Shown: positions 1 to 6,963 of the stretch, piece after piece
How the letters are laid out: each line of letters starts with the position of its first letter
Position numbering within the stretch: the stretch's first letter is position 1
Assembly: GCA_001823105.1 (NCBI GenBank)
Contig: MHTO01000019.1
Coordinates: 5,079 to 42,456, forward strand
Source: Candidatus Wildermuthbacteria bacterium GWA2_46_15
Lineage (GTDB): Bacteria; Patescibacteriota; Minisyncoccia; Minisyncoccales; GWA2-46-15
Reading direction: 5' to 3'
DNA length: 37,378 bases
The notes under the pieces: generated by a model
What the model saw: the letters and a program-made list of their open reading frames with translations, nothing else
What the model was told of the DNA's origin: nothing
Database searches by the model: none
Translations under genes and position numbers: made by a program

Positions 1-666
1 GGCGAAATCAGCTTGGCGCACCGCGGTGTTTTGTTCCTGGACGAGTTCAGCGAATTTCCCCGGTCGGTCATGGAAGCTCTACGCCAGCCCCTGGAAGATG
101 GTTGTCTGACCATTTCGAGAAGCCGGGAAAGGGTGGAATATCCGGCTGACTTTATGCTGGTGGCTTCGGCCAATCCCTGCCCCTGCGGCTACTTGAACCA
201 TCCCAAGAAAAATTGTGTTTGCTCTCCCCGGCAAATACGGAAATATCAAAAGAGAATTTCCGGGCCCATTTTAGACCGGATTGATCTGCACGTAGTTGTT
301 CAGCCGGTGGACGTGGAAGAGTTTTCGGAAAACCAAAAAGCCTCGGAATTTTTGGAGTCGTCGGAGAAAATCAGAAAAAGAGTGGCGGCGGCCCGCGAAA
401 TCCAGCTGGCGCGCTTCAAGAAAGAAAAAATTTATACTAACGCCCAAATGAAGAACAGTCACATCAAGAAATACTGCCGACTGACAAAAGAGGTGGAGCA
501 ACTTTTAAAACAGGCCGGCCGGAAATTTCAGCTGTCAGCCCGATCTTATCTGAAAATGATCAAGGTCGCCCGAACTATCGCCGATTTGGAGAGCGCTGAG
601 GCAATTGGCGTGGCCCACATAGCCGAAGCCCTGCAATACCGACCCAAAATCTATGAAGATTTTTAG
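1..666 (+). CDS. comM: YifB/ComM family Mg-chelatase-like AAA+ ATPase, C-terminal part (truncated by window start)
   Basis: Frame open from base 1 (GEISLAHRGVLFLDEF); NPCPCG, SGPILDRIDL and LSARSY..VARTIADL motifs. Confidence 0.93.
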   Translation, partial: GEISLAHRGVLFLDEFSEFPRSVMEALRQPLEDGCLTISRSRERVEYPADFMLVASANPCPCGYLNHPKKNCVCSPRQIRKYQKRISGPILDRIDLHVVVQPVDVEEFSENQKASEFLESSEKIRKRVAAAREIQLARFKKEKIYTNAQMKNSHIKKYCRLTKEVEQLLKQAGRKFQLSARSYLKMIKVARTIADLESAEAIGVAHIAEALQYRPKIYEDF

Positions 667-676
667 AATATGAACC

Positions 677-699
677 TGTGCTTAACTTAGTTAAGCACA
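677..699. repeat. 23-nt perfect palindrome (REP-like, GTGCTTAAC family)
   Basis: tgtgcttaact-t-agttaagcaca; related copy at 36209-36229. Confidence 0.75.
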
Positions 700-706
700 C
701 AATGGC

Positions 707-1075
707 ATGAATAAATTTAAAGCGCTGGAAACAGGGAAAAAGGGCGAAGAAATGGCCCGAGAATATTTGGAGAAAAGGGGGTATCAGATTGTCGAGCAAA
801 ATTACCGGACAAAATACGCGGAAATCGACCTGATTTGCCGGCAGAAAAACAAACTGGTTTTGGTGGAAGTGAGGACAAAGATGGGAGAAGATTTTGGCGC
901 GCCGGAGGAAACCATTAACGGGAAGAAGAAAAGAAAACTGCGCGGCAACGCCCTGGCCTACGCCCGGGCCGCCCGGTGGCCGGGTCCCTTACGAGTCGAT
1001 GCCGTCTGCATCGTTCTGAAGGAAGATTATTCCGTGGCGCGTTTAAACCACTACGAAAACATCATTGAGGATTAG
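707..1075 (+). CDS. yraN: YraN family (UPF0102) predicted endonuclease
   Basis: GKKGEEMAREYL..GY..VEQNYR..EIDLI..VEVRT..RVDAV; typical neighbour of comM. Confidence 0.92.
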   Translation: MNKFKALETGKKGEEMAREYLEKRGYQIVEQNYRTKYAEIDLICRQKNKLVLVEVRTKMGEDFGAPEETINGKKKRKLRGNALAYARAARWPGPLRVDAVCIVLKEDYSVARLNHYENIIED

Positions 1076-1119
1076 TCTTAAATAGGTTATAATCAATAAT
1101 TAACCAACTTAACAAAAAT

Positions 1120-3567
1120 ATGACAGAACAAATCAATTCTACCCGTACCTGGCAAAAGGTTTCCAAAACCAGCCTCTTCTTGGCGGTCTTCCTCTTGCCC
1201 ATCCTGTTTCTGCCCTTGACCAGTAACGTGCTGGATTTTAACAAGCAGACCGTCTTGGTCTTCCTGGTTTTGGCCTCGCTCTTCTCCTGGCTCTTAAAAT
1301 CTTTGATTGAAGAGAGAATCACTCTAGAGCTGAGCTGGTTTAACTTGGCGCCGGTCGTCCTGGTCTTGCTGGCCGGACTCTCGACCCTTTTCTCGGCCTA
1401 CAAGTACGCCAGTTTCTGGGGCTGGCCCTTGGTCATCGCTTCCAGCTTTCTGAGCACGCTGGCCTTAGTTCTGCTCTACTTCCTTATCATCCATCTTTTC
1501 AAGCAGCCCGAAGACATTTTCGGTCTGATCTTTGTTTTGGTCTTTGCCGGGTTGTTGGTTTCTCTCGTTTCTCTGCCCCATCTCTTGGGCAAGTTTCCTC
1601 TGCCTTTTGATTTCAGCAAAGCCACTTCCTTCAACCCAATCGGCACGGTCAATTCCTTGGCCGTTTTCCTGGCCAGTCTTCTGCCGCTGGCCGCCAGCCT
1701 CATCTTCATCTCCCGCTCGAGACTGATCAAGTTCCTGGTCTGGTTTTTTGTGGTCCTGGCCCTTTTCTTGCTCCTGGCCATCAACTTCCAGACGGCCTGG
1801 CTCGTCCTTTTGGTCGGTTCTTCCCTGATCCTCATCTTCGGCATTTCGAGGCGAGAGATCTTCAACCTGAGCTGGCTGTTTCTGCCCATGCTTTTATTGG
1901 CCGTTGCCCTTTTTGCTTTGGTGATGAGAGCCTCGATCCTGCCCACCCTGGATCTGCCGGCCGAGGTTTCGCCGACCCTGGGCACGAGCTTCAAGATCTC
2001 TTTGCAAACGCTCAAGGATTTCCGGCCGCCCTTTTCCTGGTTCTTTGGTTCGGGTCCCGGCACCTTTGTCTATGACTATGCCAAGTACAAACCTTTGGAA
2101 ATCAACCAGACGGTTTTCTGGGGCACGCGATTCGGCTCGGGTAGTTCTGAAGTCCTGGACCGGCTGGCCACCACCGGATCCCTGGGTTTCCTCTCCTTTT
2201 TGAGCGTCATGCTGGTGGGCTGGGTCCTGGGCCTGCGGTCCATCATTTCCCGTGAATTCCGCAAAGAGAACTTTGCCTGGATTCTTTTGATCGGCGTCTT
2301 TAGTAGCTTTGCCGGTCTGACCCTGGGCCTCTTCTTCTACTCGGCCAATCTTTCTCTGATGTTTCTCTTTTGGCTGCTCTTGGCTTCGATCTTCTGCCTG
2401 GTCGGTGGCAAGAGCCGGAACTTTGATTTGAAGCCCAGCGAGCCCGTGGAAGGCAAGAAGTCCCGCCTGAACACGCCTTTTGTTACCGTCGGCGTTTCCT
2501 TCGCCTTCATCGTCGTCCTCATCGCTTCGATGGGCATCTTCTTTGTTCAAGGGCAGCGCTACCTGGCTGAAGTCAATTACTTGCGAGCATTGACGAGTGT
2601 CCAGAAAGGCAACAATGCGGCGGCTGTTGATTCTTTGGCCCGGGCCATCCGTTTGACCGGCAGTAGCCAAGACAATTACTGGCGAGATCTATCCCAGGTC
2701 TATCTCTTTCGCATCAACGAGGAAGCCACCAAACCGGATCTGACCCAGGAAGAAAGATCCAAGAGGGTCTCTGATCTCATCACTCTTCTGGTGGCCTCGG
2801 CCAAGTCTTCTTCCGACTCTTCGCCCAAGAACGTGGCCAACTGGAGCATTCGAGGCTACGTCTACAGCCAGCTTCTGAATCTCATCAACGGCTCCGACAA
2901 TTGGGCCGTCACCGCTTATGAAGAAGCCCTAAAGCTGGAGCCAGCTAATCCCTTCACCTATACGGCCTTAGGTCAAGTTTACGCTAACCGGGCCGATAAC
3001 CTAGCTTCGGACAAGGAAAAAGTGGCCGAAAGGCAACAGGCCTTGGATCAGGCCCGCGAAAAGTTCCAGAAAGCCAAGGACTTAAAGTCCGACTACGCGC
3101 CGGCCCGCTTCCAGCTGGCCATGATTGACATCCGCGAGAACAAGGTCAAGGACGCCATTGATAAGCTGGAAGAGACCAAACAAATTGCGCCCTTTGACAC
3201 GGGCCTGGCTTTCCAGCTGGGTCTGGTCTATCGGGCCGACAACCAGAAGGACAAAGCCCAAGCCGAATTCGAGCGAGCCGTGGCTTTGGACGCCAATTAT
3301 GCCAACGCCCGCTATTTCCTCGGCCTTTTGTATGACCAGGCTAACGAAAAGCAGAAAGCCATTGACCAGTTTGAGAAGATCGTTCAGCTCAATCCGGATA
3401 ACGAATTGGTCAAAAAGATTTTGGAGAATCTTAAAGGCGGTAAACCGGCTCTGGAAGGTTTGACCGAGGCTCAGCCGCAACCGCCCATTCAGGAAACACC
3501 AACGGAACAGCTTCAATCGCCCGTAGTTTCGCCCTCACCCAGCCCGAGCCCGAAGACTAAGAAATAG
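1120..3567 (+). CDS. Polytopic membrane protein, O-antigen-ligase-like region plus C-terminal TPR repeats
   Basis: Many hydrophobic segments, FGSGPGTF loop motif, TPR-like repeats (AQAEFERAVALDANYANARYFLG), Pro/Ser-rich tail. Confidence 0.75.
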   Translation: MTEQINSTRTWQKVSKTSLFLAVFLLPILFLPLTSNVLDFNKQTVLVFLVLASLFSWLLKSLIEERITLELSWFNLAPVVLVLLAGLSTLFSAYKYASFWGWPLVIASSFLSTLALVLLYFLIIHLFKQPEDIFGLIFVLVFAGLLVSLVSLPHLLGKFPLPFDFSKATSFNPIGTVNSLAVFLASLLPLAASLIFISRSRLIKFLVWFFVVLALFLLLAINFQTAWLVLLVGSSLILIFGISRREIFNLSWLFLPMLLLAVALFALVMRASILPTLDLPAEVSPTLGTSFKISLQTLKDFRPPFSWFFGSGPGTFVYDYAKYKPLEINQTVFWGTRFGSGSSEVLDRLATTGSLGFLSFLSVMLVGWVLGLRSIISREFRKENFAWILLIGVFSSFAGLTLGLFFYSANLSLMFLFWLLLASIFCLVGGKSRNFDLKPSEPVEGKKSRLNTPFVTVGVSFAFIVVLIASMGIFFVQGQRYLAEVNYLRALTSVQKGNNAAAVDSLARAIRLTGSSQDNYWRDLSQVYLFRINEEATKPDLTQEERSKRVSDLITLLVASAKSSSDSSPKNVANWSIRGYVYSQLLNLINGSDNWAVTAYEEALKLEPANPFTYTALGQVYANRADNLASDKEKVAERQQALDQAREKFQKAKDLKSDYAPARFQLAMIDIRENKVKDAIDKLEETKQIAPFDTGLAFQLGLVYRADNQKDKAQAEFERAVALDANYANARYFLGLLYDQANEKQKAIDQFEKIVQLNPDNELVKKILENLKGGKPALEGLTEAQPQPPIQETPTEQLQSPVVSPSPSPSPKTKK

Positions 3568-3676
3568 CGCAAAGTATAAAGTGCAAAGCGTAAAGTTACA
3601 ATTCAAAACTTAAAGCTGACGAGTGTTTTACATTTTACGCTGTAGTTTTGAGTTTTGAGCTTTGCGCTTTGAGTTT
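3566..3676. repeat. Heptamer-periodic long imperfect inverted repeat, copy 1
   Basis: Left arm agcgc-aaagtat-aaagtgc-aaagcgt-aaagtt-acaattc-aaaactt-aaag is in register with the reverse complement of the right arm, aaactc-aaagcgc-aaagctc-aaaactc-aaaact-acagcgt-aaaatgt-aaaa. Confidence 0.85.
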
Positions 3677-3682
3677 CTGCCA

Positions 3683-5923
3683 ATGGAATCTTCTCTGAGT
3701 AAACTTATGCGCTACGGTTTTTATTTATTGGTTTTTCTCACGCCGCTCTTCTGGCTGCCTTTTTCCTTTGAAGCCTGGGAATTCAACAAGGTGTTTTTGT
3801 TGTTTTTTGGAGGACTAGGTCTTTTGCTGGCCGTGACAATCAATCGGTTTCGTCAACAGTCAAATTTTCAATTTCTCTGGCCGTTTGATTTTCTGGTTTT
3901 ACTCTTTTTGCTACTGGCGGCGGTTTCAGCTTTTTTCTCGGTCGATAAGATCGCCAGCCTCTTTGGGTTTTATGGCCGCTTCTCCGATGGCCTGGTCGGC
4001 CTCCTGAGTTTTATCTTGGTCTATCTTTTGGCTCGGCGGCAAAAGGATCCGACTCGGTTGATCAAGATTTTGTTGGCCTCGGGTTTGATGGTTGTCTGTT
4101 TGTCCTTTTTGGCCCTGACCGGGATTTTTGGCAACCTAGCCGGTTTCAGCGCTACCTTAAAACAGCTGAATTTCAACCCGGTTTCTCCGTCTTTCGAGGG
4201 CCTGACTTTGTTTTTGGTGCCTCTGGTTTTTTTGGCCCTAGGCGTTCTCAAAGAGAAAACCAAATTTATCTTTCTGGTTTTTTCTTTGGGCCTGATCTTT
4301 TTGGTTGATTACACTCCGGCCTGGGTGGTTTTGGGGCTGACCTCTCTTCTGGCTTTAATTTTCCTTTTCTTAAAGAGCTTTAAGGACAAAGAGGGAAACT
4401 TTCTCAGGAAAAACCTGGCGCTGGCCTTATTTTTAGTATTGGCGACTCTGGGCATCAGTTTTAATCTGAATCAAGTTGTGCCCCCGGCTTTGGTCGGCTT
4501 TCCCCGCGAAGTGACCCTGGACCAGACTACCAGCTGGCAGGTCGCCCAAGATTCTCTGAGGGCCCGGCCTCTTTTGGGATCTGGCCCCGGCACCTTTTTC
4601 TACGATTTCTCTCGCTTTCGACTAGCCAGTTTCAACGACGATCCCTTGTGGCAAGTGAGGTTTGACCGGCCGATTAGTCATATAGCCGAGGTGGTTGCTA
4701 GCACAGGGGTAGTGGGAATTTTAGTCTACTTTATTTTGATAGCCGCAGTTCTGAAATCCAAAATTCAACCCTTCGACAGGCTCAAGATTGTCCCGAGCAA
4801 CGTCGAGGGACAAAATTCAAAATTAGAAACGGAGATACCCGACGTTTTATTCTTTGCGTTTTTGGCCGTGGTCATCAGTCAGTTTGTTTATTACCAGAAC
4901 GCGGTTTTGGGATTCAGTTTTTGGCTGTTCTTGGGACTGATCGCGGGCCAGGCCGGGCAGGCCCGGAGCTTTAACTTTCCTTTGCTATCGAGATTTTCCC
5001 GGCTCAAACCACTCAGCCTCGAGAGCCTGAAAGGGAGAATCGTCTTCACGAGTTTAATTCTGGTCTTGAGCCTCGTTCTCCTTTCGATTGTCTTCATCGG
5101 CCTGCGGATCTACGGGGCGGATTCATTCTACCGTCAGGCTTTCCAGAAAGCCGCCGGCCCGGAAAAGACCGCTCTCTTACAGAAAGCGGTTCTCACCAAT
5201 CCATTTTTTGCCGAATACCAGATCATCCTGAGCCGCGCCTTATTAAACTCGGCCCTGGCCGAGTCGCAAAAGCCGAGTCGCGACCTGACCAAGATTTTTC
5301 AGGATTTGAGCCGGTCCACCGACGCGGCCAAGCAAGCCACTCAGCTTTCGCCCCGGTGGGTGGCCGGCTGGGAAACCCTAGGCATGATTTATCAGGAAAT
5401 TCAAGGCCTGGCGACGGGCGCCGAAGAAGCCGGCCAGCGATCTTTTGAAAAAGCCATTGAATTAGAGCCAACTAATCCCTTGCTTTATTCCCGGCTGGGT
5501 AAAGCTTTTTTTGTCCAGGATCAGTTTGACGAGGCCCGGATCCAGTTTGAAAAAGCCCGTCACCTTAAATCCGACTTGCTCGAGCCGAAACTTTATCTGG
5601 CTTTGATTAAGGAAAAGAAAGGGGATCTGCCCGGAGCGATCCGGAACCTGACGCACTTGCAGACGTTTTCTCCTTTGAATGTCGACGTGGCTTTCCAGCT
5701 GGGCCGGCTTTACTTCAACCAAAACCAGAACGATCCGGCTATCCAGCAGTTTGAAAAGGTTCTGACCCTCAATCCGTCTCACCTCGACAGTCTCTATTCT
5801 CTGGCCCTGGCTTGGGAGAAGAAGGGCCAGAAAGCCCAAGCCATTTCTTATTTGGAAGAAGCTCTCCAGATCAGTCCCGATAACGCGCAGCTGAAAGAAA
5901 AACTGCAGGAGTGGCAGAAATAG
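3683..5923 (+). CDS. Paralogous polytopic membrane protein, O-antigen-ligase-like plus TPR repeats
   Basis: Same architecture as the upstream gene (PLLGSGPGTF, FNP, TPRs); ATG 3683 chosen because the ORF-track TTG lies inside the repeat. Confidence 0.75.
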   Translation: MESSLSKLMRYGFYLLVFLTPLFWLPFSFEAWEFNKVFLLFFGGLGLLLAVTINRFRQQSNFQFLWPFDFLVLLFLLLAAVSAFFSVDKIASLFGFYGRFSDGLVGLLSFILVYLLARRQKDPTRLIKILLASGLMVVCLSFLALTGIFGNLAGFSATLKQLNFNPVSPSFEGLTLFLVPLVFLALGVLKEKTKFIFLVFSLGLIFLVDYTPAWVVLGLTSLLALIFLFLKSFKDKEGNFLRKNLALALFLVLATLGISFNLNQVVPPALVGFPREVTLDQTTSWQVAQDSLRARPLLGSGPGTFFYDFSRFRLASFNDDPLWQVRFDRPISHIAEVVASTGVVGILVYFILIAAVLKSKIQPFDRLKIVPSNVEGQNSKLETEIPDVLFFAFLAVVISQFVYYQNAVLGFSFWLFLGLIAGQAGQARSFNFPLLSRFSRLKPLSLESLKGRIVFTSLILVLSLVLLSIVFIGLRIYGADSFYRQAFQKAAGPEKTALLQKAVLTNPFFAEYQIILSRALLNSALAESQKPSRDLTKIFQDLSRSTDAAKQATQLSPRWVAGWETLGMIYQEIQGLATGAEEAGQRSFEKAIELEPTNPLLYSRLGKAFFVQDQFDEARIQFEKARHLKSDLLEPKLYLALIKEKKGDLPGAIRNLTHLQTFSPLNVDVAFQLGRLYFNQNQNDPAIQQFEKVLTLNPSHLDSLYSLALAWEKKGQKAQAISYLEEALQISPDNAQLKEKLQEWQK
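4769..4813. mobile_element. 45-nt paired-hairpin (REPIN-like) insertion in frame in the CDS, nested in a heptamer array
   Basis: caa|cccttcgacaggctcaaga|ttg|tcccgagcaacgtcgaggga|caa; homologous to 36331-36378. Confidence 0.75.
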
Positions 5924-5940
5924 TTTAGCCGTTTTTCTCT

Positions 5941-5969
5941 TTGACAAATAACACAGACGGTGTTATAAT
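5941..5969 (+). promoter_or_regulatory. Consensus sigma70 promoter
   Basis: TTGACA(5941-46)-N17-TATAAT(5964-69); GGAGG SD just before ATG 6009. Confidence 0.8.
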
Positions 5970-6008
5970 TTGTCATTGGAGTGGAGACAGACTAGAACAG
6001 GAGGAAAC

Positions 6009-6465
6009 GATGATCTGGTTCATTCTCATTCTGCCGCTCCCCTTCGTGGGAGCCCTCGCTTTGCGGTTTTGCGCAGAATATGCTATCCGGCGGGCCCGGG
6101 CCACGACGCCGGACTGGGGACAGGCACTGATCTGGGCGGGCAGCGGCGCGATCGCGCTGCTTTCCCTGATCCTGGTCTCGCTCGTCGGCATGTGGTTCCT
6201 GAAAGCCGGGGCCACGGGCGCCGGCCTGGTGCTGGGGATTACTGCCATCGGGTTGATTTCGCCCGAACTCTGGGTCGCCATCAGCGCCTGGCTGCGCGAT
6301 CCGAGGCACTTGCCCTGGCTCGTGGTCCCATTCCTTCTCGTTGGTCTGGTAATTTTCTTTCTGACCAACGGGAGCCTGGCGATCACCTTGCTTTCCGAAC
6401 TGCTCGTTCTGTTGGTGATCGGCCTGGGCATCGGTCTGATGTTCAGGCCCTTCCGGCGGAAATAG
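6009..6465 (+). CDS. Hypothetical integral membrane protein (about 5 hydrophobic segments)
   Basis: Consensus promoter and SD upstream, hydrophobic product, terminator-like hairpin downstream. Confidence 0.7.
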
Positions 6466-6483
6466 GACAGAATCGCAAAGCCA

Positions 6484-6515
6484 AAAGGCGGGTTTCCACA
6501 GAGGAACCCGTCTTT
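6484..6515 (+). terminator. Probable intrinsic terminator
   Basis: aaaggcgggtttcc...ggaacccgtcttt hairpin just after stop 6465. Confidence 0.5.
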
Positions 6516-6532
6516 GATTTTCGGCCCGTCCC

Positions 6533-6559
6533 CGGTTGCTTGGTCAGACCAAGCAACCG
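6533..6559. repeat. 27-nt perfect palindrome (REP-like, GGTCWGACC core) followed by a partial tandem half-copy
   Basis: cggttgcttggtc-a-gaccaagcaaccg then accaggcaaccg; second copy at 37236-37258. Confidence 0.8.
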
Positions 6560-6628
6560 ACCAGGCAACCGCTTTGACTGGCCGCGAAAAAGTTCTCAAT
6601 TGGAAGAGTTTCAGAAATAAAGAGTTGA

Positions 6629-6660
6629 CGTCTTAAGACTGCTATAGCAGTTTTAAGACG
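6629..6660. repeat. 32-nt near-perfect palindrome
   Basis: cgtcttaagactgcta|tagcagttttaagacg (one G:T pair). Confidence 0.7.
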
Positions 6661-6742
6661 TTACCTCATTTTTTATTTGTAGCTACAATTGCCTAGCTAA
6701 GCTAAGCAATTTCTAAGCAGTTCGCTAATTAAAAAAGGTCTC

Positions 6743-6840
6743 TTGACAGCCATTTTCGAAACGTCTTACAATGAACTTTAGACGCACTCACCAGAACCCC
6801 GTTGAACGGGGTAGACATTTTTTGGGTTGTTTGCTATACT
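6743..6840 (+). promoter_or_regulatory. Two tandem sigma70-like promoters upstream of rpoB
   Basis: TTGACA(6743)-N18-TACAAT(6767) and TAGACA(6812)-N17-TATACT(6835, with extended TG). Confidence 0.55.
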
Positions 6841-6963
6841 GGATCCATCACCACTTTAATAGTTTTTAAGTTAACTTGAAGCTTACCCAGCTAACTTAAG
6901 ACAAGACATTTTTCTAGCCCCCAAGCTCTTCGGGGATTTTTTAGCTTTTAGCTTTGCTCGAAA

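Noticed and set aside
3470..3564. Pro/Ser/Gln-rich tail (SPSPSPSP) of the first TPR protein
   Set aside because: Codon-level low-complexity linker, not a DNA repeat element.
3662..3682. TTG start for the second TPR gene
   Set aside because: It lies inside the heptamer repeat arm; ATG 3683 is preferred.
5970..6620. Overlapping 216-aa (+) and 208-aa (-) ORFs
   Set aside because: Shadow frames of the GC-rich 6009-6465 gene; they run through the terminator and palindromes and have no recognisable motifs.
6680..6730. gctaa-like short repeats upstream of the rpoB promoter
   Set aside because: Irregular, single locus, no clear structure.
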